Shown: positions 1 through 8,244 of the stretch, piece after piece
How positions within the stretch are numbered: position 1 is the stretch's first letter
How the letters are laid out: each line of letters starts with the position of its first letter
Origin: an uncultured virus (IMG/VR IMGVR_UViG_3300025133_000079)
Taxonomy: Duplodnaviria > Heunggongvirae > Uroviricota > Caudoviricetes
DNA length: 64,000 bases
Reading direction: 5' to 3' (one strand)
Virus record (IMG/VR): IMGVR_UViG_3300025133_000079
Translations under genes and position numbers: made by a program
The notes under the pieces: generated by a model
The model's database searches: none
Told to the model about the DNA's origin: nothing
Seen by the model: the letters and a program-made list of their open reading frames with translations, nothing else

Positions 1-1
1 C

Positions 2-532
2 CACCACGCGCACCCAAATCAAGCTGGCTACGCAGAGTCAGTTATTTTGGGTATCACCGCAACCGATTCGGTCAGCGGCAAATCGGCATACAAGGATGAG
101 CGTATTAGCATCAACCCTTGTGTGGAACTAGGCCAGTTTGAGGCAGGAGCCGAACAATGGATTGAGAACCAGATAGGGTCTGGTGGGTGGTACTTGGAAT
201 TGCAGACCAGAATCGCAGCGCAACTGTCTGCCCCTGAGCCAGCACCGAGCAGGGAGATGCCCAACTTCGCAAGCATGAACATAGGCGACGGCTACAGCGA
301 GTTGCCTAGCGAAGAGGAGGCTGAAGCTCCCGCTGAAGAGGTAGAGGAGGCAGAAGAGGTAGAGGCAGAGGAAGCTGTAGCTGAAGAAGAAGCAGAGGAA
401 GCCGCAGAAGAGACTGCTGAAGAAGAGGCTGAAGAAGAAGAGGCTGAAGAAGAAGAGGCTGAAGAAGAAGAGGCTGAAGAGGAGGCTGAAGAAGAAGAGG
501 CTGAAGAGGAGGCTGAAGAGGAGGAGGAGTGA
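2..532 (+). CDS. 5'-truncated late protein with Glu/Ala-rich acidic tail
   Basis: Frame is open from base 2; C-terminus is EEEAE repeats. Confidence 0.7.
   Translation, partial: HHAHPNQAGYAESVILGITATDSVSGKSAYKDERISINPCVELGQFEAGAEQWIENQIGSGGWYLELQTRIAAQLSAPEPAPSREMPNFASMNIGDGYSELPSEEEAEAPAEEVEEAEEVEAEEAVAEEEAEEAAEETAEEEAEEEEAEEEEAEEEEAEEEAEEEEAEEEAEEEEE
311..529 (+). repeat. Low-complexity GAAGAAGAGGCTGAA-type coding tandem repeat
   Basis: Directly visible 12-15 bp units encoding E/A. Confidence 0.9.
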
Positions 533-672
533 TGCGCTTAATCGGCCTGCTAGTTGTGGGGTTGGGGTGCGGGTGTCACACGGTTCAGTACGAGTGGTTG
601 CCAGAGTCAAAGTTTGTCAGGCACACAGAAGACGAGAGTGCGGCTATCTCGGTGATTGAGTGGAGGTTCTAA
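532..672 (+). CDS. Small putative lipoprotein or secreted protein (46 aa)
   Basis: MRLIGLLVVGLGCGC... has a hydrophobic signal plus Cys; ATG overlaps the upstream TGA. Below the ORF-track cutoff. Confidence 0.5.
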   Translation: MRLIGLLVVGLGCGCHTVQYEWLPESKFVRHTEDESAAISVIEWRF

Positions 673-786
673 ATGCACTGTAAAAATTCAAAGTGCTTCG
701 AGGATACATGCCAGGGTGAGTGCGAGGACAGGGTTAAAAAGCTGGCAGATGAAGCCAAGAAAAGGGAAATCAAGGCGCGAAGCAAT

Positions 787-814
787 TTGACAAATACGGA
801 TGTTACCCTAAAAT
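787..814 (+). promoter_or_regulatory. Sigma70-like promoter overlapping a TGTTACCCTA motif
   Basis: TTGACA (787-792), 16-bp spacer, TAAAAT (809-814); motif at 801-810. Confidence 0.6.
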
Positions 815-835
815 CGGGCAGCTAACAGCAGCGTT

Positions 836-1039
836 ATGGAAGAGCAAGAACAACAACAACTACGGACGGCGGTACAAATACTGGCCCAGGTCGCAGATCA
901 AGCACTCGTTAATGGCCCCTCTGGAAGACAGCGGGATCAGGCGGTGCAGATTCTAGCCCAACATTTTGGGTTGGCCCAGGAACCAGCAAATAACCCGCCG
1001 ATAGAAATGCCTAAAGAGGAAACGCCTGAATCTTCTTGA
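836..1039 (+). CDS. Hypothetical protein
   Basis: 67-aa ORF downstream of the promoter. Confidence 0.65.
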   Translation: MEEQEQQQLRTAVQILAQVADQALVNGPSGRQRDQAVQILAQHFGLAQEPANNPPIEMPKEETPESS

Positions 1040-1181
1040 CGATATAAAGGTTACGGCAACCGCTACGGTGGGGATCGGGAACGTCTGGTTGCAGATTGAC
1101 CCCTTCCTCAAGTGTTGCGTTAGCGCAGTCAGCCTTGTGTATATTGTCATTAAGATTAGGCAAATGGTTAAACAAAAATAA
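1026..1181 (+). CDS. Small membrane protein, holin-like; start uncertain (CTG?)
   Basis: LNLLDDIKVTATATVGIGNVWLQIDPFLKCCVSAVSLVYIVIKIRQMVKQK has hydrophobic segments and a basic C-terminus; GAGGA lies upstream of the CTG. Confidence 0.45.
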   Translation: MNLLDDIKVTATATVGIGNVWLQIDPFLKCCVSAVSLVYIVIKIRQMVKQK

Positions 1182-1184
1182 ATT

Positions 1185-1358
1185 ATGCTACGTTCAAAAA
1201 CACTGTGGGGGGCAGTAACCGCCATAACTGGAAGTTTGTCAGCGTATTTTTTAGGAGAGATTGAGCTAGGTGCTATGTTGCAGATTTGTGTAACATCGGG
1301 CCTGTCCGTTTTCCTGAAACACGCAGTCCAAAAAGCGGAAGTCGCTGCCACAAGTTAA
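1185..1358 (+). CDS. Putative holin (57 aa, two hydrophobic segments)
   Basis: MLRSKTLWGAVTAITGSLSAYFLGEIELGAMLQICVTSGLSVFLKHAVQK...; located at the end of the late genes. Confidence 0.55.
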   Translation: MLRSKTLWGAVTAITGSLSAYFLGEIELGAMLQICVTSGLSVFLKHAVQKAEVAATS

Positions 1359-1363
1359 GAGGT

Positions 1364-1768
1364 GTGCGCTCCATCGGCCAGCGGGGGGAATTGCTGGTAG
1401 CCGAGAGGCTCATTGAACAGGGCTGGGACGTAGCACACCCTCTTTCCGACACATCCCCTTTTGACCTGATCGCGGCCAAGGGGGGCAGGTTTTTGCGCAT
1501 TCAGATTAAAGCAACGCTGAAGCCTCATTCATACCCTACAAGCCGACCCCATTATCAGTTCCAGTTGGCAAAGGGATTGTCCGCGAAAAAGCGGTACACC
1601 AAACATGAGGTAGACTATTTCATCTGCTGCGCCTTGGACTCTCGTAAGTTTTGGGTTATCCCGTTTGAGTCAGCAGGGTCGAAGACGCTCAAAATCTACA
1701 GAGGAAACAGGAGTCGGTTCCACCAGTTCGAGAACGCTTGGGGTTTGCTGGGAGAAAGCAGAGTTTAA
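1364..1768 (+). CDS. PD-(D/E)XK endonuclease (PDDEXK_5-like, free-standing)
   Basis: GQRGE...PFDLI...RIQIK motif; GTG at 1364 follows AAGAGGT (ORF track starts at 1286). Confidence 0.8.
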   Translation: MRSIGQRGELLVAERLIEQGWDVAHPLSDTSPFDLIAAKGGRFLRIQIKATLKPHSYPTSRPHYQFQLAKGLSAKKRYTKHEVDYFICCALDSRKFWVIPFESAGSKTLKIYRGNRSRFHQFENAWGLLGESRV

Positions 1769-1832
1769 GTGAAGGGCGGGGGGAGGCTGCACCCCATCCC
1801 AAAGCTAGAAAAGTGACAGGCAAACTTAGCCG

Positions 1833-1855
1833 TTTCTGCCCACATCTGCCCACAC
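1833..1855 (+). repeat. attP arm-type repeat, copy 1 (TTTCTGCCCACATCTGCCCACAC)
   Basis: Exact 23-bp copy at 2016-2038; internal 10-bp tandem TCTGCCCACA. Confidence 0.8.
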
Positions 1856-1887
1856 AAATCCAAATCTCTCTATTTCCTATATTCTAA

Positions 1888-1920
1888 TGGTGGAGGCGGG
1901 GGGAGTCGAATCCCCGTCCC
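1888..1920 (-). other. ssrA: attP core: 3' end of tmRNA (T arm, acceptor strand, CCA)
   Basis: Minus strand reads GGGACGGGGATTCGACTCCCCCCGCCTCCACCA; CGCCTCC-A-CCA fits the tmRNA acceptor strand with U70; adjacent to the integrase; no 5' part present. Confidence 0.85.
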
Positions 1921-2015
1921 AATTAACCTGTTTCCTCCATTTTAAACTGATTTGGTTATTTGCTGAGTGTTTGCAACGACATCAAGGGACACCGCCGGGA
2001 CACGATAGTGCTTGA

Positions 2016-2038
2016 TTTCTGCCCACATCTGCCCACAC
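2016..2038 (+). repeat. attP arm-type repeat, copy 2
   Basis: Identical to 1833-1855. Confidence 0.8.
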
Positions 2039-2047
2039 GTTTCGTGC

Positions 2048-3373
2048 GTGGAAATATTAACTGAATTTGTAAAAAGAAAAAAAGGCGCAGACGCATATCA
2101 TCGTGCCTACTACTATGACGCTGAAGGCAAAAGGCAAAAGGAGAACTTTAAATGCAACAAGAAGCAGCCAAAGAAGTGTAACGGCAAGTACAAAAACCCT
2201 CACTACTGCAAGGCATACAAGGATGCTGAAGATCGGCTGAAGAACCTCAAACACGCCACCAAAACCCAGAGCCTCAATCTGGAGTCACTCTCCAAGTCAG
2301 AGCGGGTGGAGTGGGCGCAAGCTGCGGAGCTGGCCAAGAGGGTGGGGATGCCCATGATCCAGATAGTCCAGTTAGCGGAGCAGCACAAGGGGCCGCTGAA
2401 GCCGCTCGACATCTCTGAGGGTATCCTCCTTTTTCTGGAAGCCAAGAAGGCCGAGGGGTGCGCCGAGGGAACGCTCAAAAGTTGGCGGCGTGACCTCAAG
2501 CGGATCAGCGGTAAATTCCGTGGCCAGGTGCATGAGCTTCGGACGGATGAAATAAACAAGTGGGCCTTGGCGCTGCCACTCGCACCCAAGAGCCAACGGC
2601 ACACGCTTGGTACTGGTGGCACATGGTGGATATGGATGGATGATCTGGGTTATTCTGTTGGGCCGAAGAATCCTTTCAAAAAATGTCAGCGCATAAAGTC
2701 TCCGAGGAAGCCGGTTGTCATACTCACCGTCGCACAAGCCCGTGCTGTGGTATATGCGGCTGTTAAAGACCCGTATCTAGCGGCGGTGGTAGTGCTGGTC
2801 ATGTTCTGCGGGTTGAGGACTGAGGAGGCGCAAAAGATGGTTTGGGATTGGGTTCACCTTGAGCATCCGATGGTGGAGGTTCCAGAGGGCATTGCCAAGA
2901 AGGGGGAGGAGAGGTTCAATGAAATCCAACTGGACAGACTCGACGTTAATCTGAAAAACCTACCGCCTAATGCTCTCGCATGGTTGCAGTATGTGGCCGA
3001 TCAGGAATATTTAATGCCGATGGTAGGGGCGCAGTCGAAACCAAGGAAACAGATCGGTGCGGTACTACCCGTCAACCCTTCGACATACAGGAACCGGAAG
3101 AAGAAACACCTCAAAATGATAAGCGGTAAGGTCAATGTCCTTCGCCACACCTTCTGTTCAATGCACATAGCCGCATTCAGAGATCAAGAGGCAACCTCCT
3201 TAATCGCCGGTAACTCCGTGCGCGAACTCAAGGCGAGCTACAAGCGGCCCATACCACAGGATAACGCGATAGAGTATTTCAACATCATGCCGCCCGTAGG
3301 GAAAAAACCACATGAAAGCCCCGGTTTTACTGGGGGAAGACCGTCCCAATGTCTGGAAACGCGGAATACTTGA
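2048..3373 (+). CDS. int: Tyrosine integrase
   Basis: GLRTEE (R), AKK (K), NVLRHTF, AGNS and SY (Tyr); next to attP. GTG at 2048 is preferred because the TTG at 2012 would run through the arm repeat. Confidence 0.9.
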   Translation: MEILTEFVKRKKGADAYHRAYYYDAEGKRQKENFKCNKKQPKKCNGKYKNPHYCKAYKDAEDRLKNLKHATKTQSLNLESLSKSERVEWAQAAELAKRVGMPMIQIVQLAEQHKGPLKPLDISEGILLFLEAKKAEGCAEGTLKSWRRDLKRISGKFRGQVHELRTDEINKWALALPLAPKSQRHTLGTGGTWWIWMDDLGYSVGPKNPFKKCQRIKSPRKPVVILTVAQARAVVYAAVKDPYLAAVVVLVMFCGLRTEEAQKMVWDWVHLEHPMVEVPEGIAKKGEERFNEIQLDRLDVNLKNLPPNALAWLQYVADQEYLMPMVGAQSKPRKQIGAVLPVNPSTYRNRKKKHLKMISGKVNVLRHTFCSMHIAAFRDQEATSLIAGNSVRELKASYKRPIPQDNAIEYFNIMPPVGKKPHESPGFTGGRPSQCLETRNT

Positions 3374-3380
3374 AGGTCGG

Positions 3381-3791
3381 CTAGAGGGTTCGATTGCAAG
3401 TTGGACACACCAATTCGCCGGTCTTGGGGTCGGTGTGACGGGTTTTTAGCCCCTCCAATGACTGAAGCATTTGGTCTTCCGTTTTATAAATTGCCTTCAG
3501 CCTCTTATCGACATTTTGTAAACTTTCGCTCGCCGCACGGCCATTCTCAATGTGCTTGGCCAGTTCCGCTCGCGCCACCACGATGGCGTATACTTCGTAG
3601 CCCAGTAGCCCCGTCACCAGCACCATCGCTGTTAATCCCAACGCTGACCAGCGGTAACACCGTTTAATGGCCCTGTTAATCTGGGTATGGTTAGCCACCT
3701 CATCGCGCCGTTGCTCTGTCACCTTCGCGTAAAAAAGTTTATTGCGGCGGCGAATATTTATGTTGGTACGCCTCGTCTGTTGCCCCCTCAC
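3381..3791 (-). CDS. Membrane-anchored coiled-coil protein with C-terminal CPxC
   Basis: One hydrophobic segment (WSALGLTAMVLVTGLLGYEVYAIVVA); overlaps the upstream gene by 4 nt. Confidence 0.65.
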   Translation of the reverse strand: MRGQQTRRTNINIRRRNKLFYAKVTEQRRDEVANHTQINRAIKRCYRWSALGLTAMVLVTGLLGYEVYAIVVARAELAKHIENGRAASESLQNVDKRLKAIYKTEDQMLQSLEGLKTRHTDPKTGELVCPTCNRTL

Positions 3792-4444
3792 ATTGCCTCC
3801 TTTTTTAAGGGTTTTTCGGGTGTGGTGGACCTCGCCCCAACGTCCTCACTTAATGCTGGGTGGAGGTCGATTTCATGGTGTTGTTTGAGGTCGTAATATT
3901 TCTGCCTGTAATACATACCATCATGGCGAGCAAATGGTGTCTCTACACCTCGATTGAGGTCATCGATTCGTTGGGCCAGCACGGCCCTGCGCGATGGATT
4001 CAAAACCTCCGGTGAACCCGCAATCCAATTGAGGATGTTGACCAACCCCGCCTCAAACGCGATTTCAAACACTCGCCGCTGTTGATGTTTCGAGAGTGTC
4101 GAATATGGTGTGTTATGAAGTGGTTCTGAATAGGTGTCGTTAATGATGGCGTCAGCGACAACAATTCGCATCTCGAGGTGAGCCTTTTCCTCCACCAGCT
4201 TTTGATACGAAGCCTCGCCCAAATGTTTCGGCACAAACCCCATGAAACCAATTCCGAGCTTGTAGACATAATAGCCACCCCCGGCCCCGCCGACCACCAA
4301 CAGCAACAAGGCGACGGCCGACCCTCGCAGGTATTTCGCCATAATCGTTAGATGTTTTCTGAGCCACTGGTGATTTGCTTCGTCGTTTGCCAAAAGCTGC
4401 ACTATTCCATGCGCCACGTTGTTTGTGTTTTTTTTGTCTCTCAT
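3788..4444 (-). CDS. Membrane-anchored hypothetical protein in the lysogeny operon
   Basis: 218 aa with one hydrophobic segment (AVALLLLVVGGAGGGYYVY). Confidence 0.7.
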   Translation of the reverse strand: MRDKKNTNNVAHGIVQLLANDEANHQWLRKHLTIMAKYLRGSAVALLLLVVGGAGGGYYVYKLGIGFMGFVPKHLGEASYQKLVEEKAHLEMRIVVADAIINDTYSEPLHNTPYSTLSKHQQRRVFEIAFEAGLVNILNWIAGSPEVLNPSRRAVLAQRIDDLNRGVETPFARHDGMYYRQKYYDLKQHHEIDLHPALSEDVGARSTTPEKPLKKEAM

Positions 4445-4513
4445 AATAAAATATTCATTTGTGCATAGGGATGTCGAGAATAGGAGGGGGTTAACTAGCC
4501 GGTCCGTCTCCTG

Positions 4514-4789
4514 TCAGTCAAGGCCCAATTCCTTTCTCGTTTCCGCAAAGACGCGCTGCGAGCGTTCAATAGCCGCTGTCAGCTTATCCATAGAGTTAGC
4601 CTTTGCCAGTTCCCCCACTTTATCTAGGTCAACTGGATCACCACCGGCAATCCCTTCCTTTAATTGGAACCGTATCGCGTAAGTTATCCACTCGTTCAAG
4701 CTCATCCCGTCCTGCTTCGCGGCTTCTTCAACCGAAGAGTAGAGGGCGTCTGTGAGTCGGATCGACCGTTGTCTCTTTTGATTTTTCAT
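4514..4789 (-). CDS. Ribbon-helix-helix (Arc/HicB-like) regulator, candidate repressor
   Basis: RSIRLTDALYSSVEEAAKQDGMSLNEWITYAI fits the RHH pattern; occupies the cI position. Confidence 0.75.
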   Translation of the reverse strand: MKNQKRQRSIRLTDALYSSVEEAAKQDGMSLNEWITYAIRFQLKEGIAGGDPVDLDKVGELAKANSMDKLTAAIERSQRVFAETRKELGLD

Positions 4790-4867
4790 AATACGCCCCG
4801 TTCTGAAAGTTTTTTTCTTAATAAAGGCAGCACCAAAAACAGGACTTTTACATTAAGTATTGAAGTA

Positions 4868-4959
4868 TGCAAGTAGTTTTTTAATAAAATATGCAACTTG
4901 CTACGAATAAAAGTGTTGTGCAACTTATTAAAACTAGGTACACCTTTCCCCGTGCAACA
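4868..4959. promoter_or_regulatory. Divergent control region with TGCAAC/GT repeats
   Basis: AT-rich; TGCAAGT at 4868, TGCAACTT at 4892 and 4919, TGCAACA at 4953. Confidence 0.55.
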
Positions 4960-5125
4960 AAAGAGGAAACGGCTGAATCATAAAATCAGGTCGTTTGCCG
5001 TGGACAGGGAGACAGACAGGCTGATTAAGGCAGGGGCAAAACTGGAGCGCAAGAACGGGAACCCGTGTGTCTCGAATTTCCTGCGGGTCGCCATTGAGAG
5101 GTACTTCGACAAAGATGAGAAATGA
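4952..5125 (+). CDS. RHH-like regulator in the cro position
   Basis: IRSFAVDRETDRLIKAGAK...VSNFLRVAIERYF; GTG start at 4952. Confidence 0.6.
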   Translation: MQQKRKRLNHKIRSFAVDRETDRLIKAGAKLERKNGNPCVSNFLRVAIERYFDKDEK

Positions 5126-5292
5126 CTATTGAAGAAGCAGCAAAATACCTAAACCGATCCGTTAGGACTCTCAAAAGGTACATGAAGCAAAGAAGGCTGA
5201 CCTACATTCAATATGGGCCGAGGTCGCCAATCGAATTTAGAGAGGTGGATTTAGTAGAGTTTCAGCAGAAAAACACAATAAAAGCTATATAA
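5122..5292 (+). CDS. Excisionase-like HTH_17 protein (56 aa)
   Basis: MTIEEAAKYLNRSVRTLKRYMKQRRLTYIQYGPRSPIEFREVDLVEF; ATGA overlap; absent from the ORF track. Confidence 0.8.
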   Translation: MTIEEAAKYLNRSVRTLKRYMKQRRLTYIQYGPRSPIEFREVDLVEFQQKNTIKAI

Positions 5293-5293
5293 A

Positions 5294-5965
5294 ATGGAAG
5301 ATCACAAGAAAGTATGGAGCGTCCTACAACCGATAGATTGCGCCGAGCAAATCGAAAAGAAGGGAAACATGAAGTACCTGTCGTGGCCGTGGGCTTGGGC
5401 CATAGCAATGGAACATTTTCCCGACACATCGTTCGAGGTGAAGTATTTCGCTGACCCCTCACATGAGACTAAACAGTACCCGTTTGAGATACACCCTGAC
5501 GGCACGGCTACCGTTTGGATGGAAATAACTATCAACGGCATTCGGAGAACAATGTGGCTACCCGTCATGGATAACCGAAACAACTCGATCAAGAACCCCA
5601 GCTCCCGGCAAGTCAGCGACACGACAATGCGGTGCTTGGTCAAGGGGTTAGCCTTGTTCGGACTCGGTCATTACATCTACGCAGGGGAGGACGTACCAGA
5701 AGCCCCAACAAACGAGCCAGAACCAACGCCCGATAGAGCCAAAATAAAGCCTTTCACTCGGCAAGACAGCGACAGTAAGCCAGCGGTGATCGTGCAGCTT
5801 GAAGCGAGATTTGGGAGCAACGAGGGCAAAGTCACTAATCACTATCTAAAATTTAAAGGCGGCAAGTACCTGAAAAAAGGCCAGACTTGGCGCGATCTGC
5901 CATCTGATATTTTAGATAAGGTTGCCAAGAACCTAGAGGGATTCTGCAAGTCAATAAATCTGTAG
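5294..5965 (+). CDS. Sak/DUF1071-like single-strand annealing protein
   Basis: EKKGNMKYLSWPWAW, LPVMDNRN and MRCLVKGLALFGLGHYIYAGED motifs. Confidence 0.85.
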   Translation: MEDHKKVWSVLQPIDCAEQIEKKGNMKYLSWPWAWAIAMEHFPDTSFEVKYFADPSHETKQYPFEIHPDGTATVWMEITINGIRRTMWLPVMDNRNNSIKNPSSRQVSDTTMRCLVKGLALFGLGHYIYAGEDVPEAPTNEPEPTPDRAKIKPFTRQDSDSKPAVIVQLEARFGSNEGKVTNHYLKFKGGKYLKKGQTWRDLPSDILDKVAKNLEGFCKSINL

Positions 5966-6152
5966 TATGCAGATCACTCAATTCGTTGACGCTTTTACAT
6001 GAAAAACACAAACCCGATTAAGCAAAGCCGGTTCAACCCCGTAATGGACGAGGAAGACGCTGCCTCTGCGGAAAACAAAGCCCTCAAGGAGAGGATAGCC
6101 AATCTCCTGCTCAGGAACGCATCGCTACAGAAAGAACTGGAGAAAACAAAAG

Positions 6153-6359
6153 TTGCCAGAAACTGAACACAGAGAGAGGGGACACCACCCTTACAGCCCA
6201 AGCAATTACCCGAAGTGGGAGTTGTGTGCGTTGTTCAAGAACAGGGGAGGGTCTAGCGATGCTGCCGAAAGGGGAACACAGCGGCATGAGATATTTGAGA
6301 AAAACATAGAGGAGCGCAACAACGGTCTGGGGTATGATAAAGAAGGTAATAAGGGCTGA
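6153..6359 (+). CDS. N-terminal part of a DUF2800/Cas4-like nuclease
   Basis: HHPYSPS..W..C...AAERGTQRH matches the family N-terminus. Confidence 0.65.
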   Translation: MPETEHRERGHHPYSPSNYPKWELCALFKNRGGSSDAAERGTQRHEIFEKNIEERNNGLGYDKEGNKG

Positions 6360-7233
6360 AGACGAGAACGCTAAGTACTCAATAGACAGCCTCAATCGAG
6401 AGGTTGGCAGCGCATATATCCATTGCGAAACAGAGGTCTGCTACGACACCATGTTCTATGGCTTCATTGATGCGTGGGCAGTAGTAAAAGGCAAGCTCCA
6501 CATCTTCGATTTAAAGACAGGTTGGGCTAGTACGGATGCCGACCATCTGGCCCAACAAGAGGGTTATGCGCTTGCCTTGCTTAACATGGCCAAGAAGGGG
6601 ATGTGGCCAGAGATCACGGATACAGACAACGCTATACTTCACCTCATCTGGGAGGACCAACGGCGCACCTATTCTTGGGACACAACCTACAACCTAGCCA
6701 AATGCCTGGTCATGGAAATCTTGGCCAAGAGGATGTCCCCTGATTCCAAGCCAGCAGCAAATAAGAACTGCCAATACTGCGAGAGACTTAATTCCTGTGA
6801 GGCGGTGAACCATGAGCTGATGGAAGTGGTCAAGTTGATAACCTGTGAGGATTTGCCAACCAGATTTAAATCACCAGAAGAGCTGTCGCGTGGCCTCATG
6901 GTTAAAGACATTGTTCTGGCGTGGTGCGGTGGGATGCAGAAGCTCGGAGTCGCACACGTTAAAGCGGGTGGTGAGCTGCCGGGATGGACATCGTCTTTAG
7001 TCAAAGGAAGAGAGCAAGCCCCAGATTTGAAAGACGCATGGGAGGCTGTTAAGCCATCGCTTGAAGCCAAGCACGGCAAGGGTGGCGCAAAGGATGAATT
7101 TCTAAAGTGTTGCAAGGTGGTTGCAGGAAAACTGCGCGGCCTTGATTACGAAGAAGATTTTCCCGCAGAACATGTTATGAAGCGGGGAGAACCATACTAC
7201 AGGTTAATCTGTAAAAAGAGACTAATAAAATGA
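6334..7233 (+). CDS. C-terminal part of a DUF2800/Cas4-like PD-(D/E)XK nuclease
   Basis: GFIDA...DLKTG, QxxxYA and CQYC....C motifs. Confidence 0.75.
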   Translation: MIKKVIRAEDENAKYSIDSLNREVGSAYIHCETEVCYDTMFYGFIDAWAVVKGKLHIFDLKTGWASTDADHLAQQEGYALALLNMAKKGMWPEITDTDNAILHLIWEDQRRTYSWDTTYNLAKCLVMEILAKRMSPDSKPAANKNCQYCERLNSCEAVNHELMEVVKLITCEDLPTRFKSPEELSRGLMVKDIVLAWCGGMQKLGVAHVKAGGELPGWTSSLVKGREQAPDLKDAWEAVKPSLEAKHGKGGAKDEFLKCCKVVAGKLRGLDYEEDFPAEHVMKRGEPYYRLICKKRLIK

Positions 7234-7580
7234 ATAACGTACAAGAGATAGGGCGGCTGTGTGCTGACCCAGAATCACGCGAGAGCAAGGGTGGCCTTTC
7301 GATAGCTAATATTCGGATTGCCGTGAACGAGCGAAAGAAGGACGGCGACGATTGGGTGGATGACACCACTTTCATCGACTGTAAGGCATTCGGCAGCAAG
7401 GCCGAGTTCATCAGCGGACACTTCAGGAAAGGCGATCCGATTTGGCTGACGGGCCGGTTGAGCAACGACGAGTGGGATGACAAGGAGACAGGCAAAAAGC
7501 GCAGCAAGCTGGAGGTCTTAATCGGGCAATGCGGCTTCGTGCCTTCAAAGAAGGATAACAGCGACAGCGAGTTCGGATGA
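7230..7580 (+). CDS. ssb: Single-stranded DNA-binding protein
   Basis: MNNVQEIGRLCADPE, FIDCKAFG, KGDPIWLTGRL, acidic tip. Confidence 0.92.
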   Translation: MNNVQEIGRLCADPESRESKGGLSIANIRIAVNERKKDGDDWVDDTTFIDCKAFGSKAEFISGHFRKGDPIWLTGRLSNDEWDDKETGKKRSKLEVLIGQCGFVPSKKDNSDSEFG

Positions 7581-7789
7581 GCTGGTTGATTGTAGTTTTA
7601 AAGGCCATTCCCGCACTCAGGAAGATCGGTGAATTACTCGAACGCAACATCAAGCAAGCCAATGCAAGGGTCAGGAGGAACGAAAAACGCGACTTGGTTG
7701 ATGACGCTATTGCTGATGCTCTCGCTAACAAGCGGGTGCGTAAGCGTAAGGTACGAGAACGCCAACGACCTGATAAAAGCTCATCCTGA
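7577..7789 (+). CDS. Possible inner-membrane spanin-like protein
   Basis: Short hydrophobic N-terminus and helical body; overlaps a lipoprotein ORF. Confidence 0.4.
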   Translation: MSWLIVVLKAIPALRKIGELLERNIKQANARVRRNEKRDLVDDAIADALANKRVRKRKVRERQRPDKSSS

Positions 7790-7892
7790 CGGTTTCCATG
7801 ATGCGGTTCATGCGTCACCAGAAGCGGAGGAGTTTGTGCGGGAGTGCCTTTATACAATTGTAGAACTAGAAGAAAAACTGGAGGGACTATGA
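7701..7892 (+). CDS. Small lipoprotein, possible o-spanin
   Basis: MTLLLMLSLTSG-C lipobox; starts inside the preceding gene in another frame. Confidence 0.5.
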   Translation: MTLLLMLSLTSGCVSVRYENANDLIKAHPDGFHDAVHASPEAEEFVRECLYTIVELEEKLEGL

Positions 7893-7902
7893 GTAAACCT
7901 GA

Positions 7903-8118
7903 ATGAACGACGCAAGCACACCAACAATAGGAGAGTTTCCTCGTTACGACATTGAAACAACGACAGTCAACAAGCATTTGAGCCACAAGATACGGGCGAA
8001 GATTTTAACTGGAGAGTACACCGCTGACTCATGGCAGGAATTGCAGATGATAAGAGATTTTAAGGAATCAAAGTTGAGCGTGGATGACTTTCTGGAAAGG
8101 GAAGAGAGGGAAAAGTGA
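7903..8118 (+). CDS. Hypothetical protein
   Basis: 71-aa ORF in the operon. Confidence 0.6.
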   Translation: MNDASTPTIGEFPRYDIETTTVNKHLSHKIRAKILTGEYTADSWQELQMIRDFKESKLSVDDFLEREEREK

Positions 8119-8244
8119 CATTAGACGAGGCGAGTGATGCAATCTTGGAACTGCAAACAAAGGTGGCAACTTTTAGCAATCAAGAAATCGTCCAAGTCCT
8201 TGAGCGCATCAGGCTGAGACTGCTTGAGCCAAGTGTGAATTTTT

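Noticed and set aside
128..610. Hydrophobic minus-strand ORF
   Set aside because: It is the antisense shadow of the Glu/Ala repeat.
1888..1920. tRNA gene
   Set aside because: Only the T arm and acceptor 3' strand are present; best read as a tmRNA-derived att core.
1986..2003. Functional link between attP GGGACAC and the origin iterons
   Set aside because: Only a 7-mer with a different period (11 vs 12); coincidence cannot be excluded.
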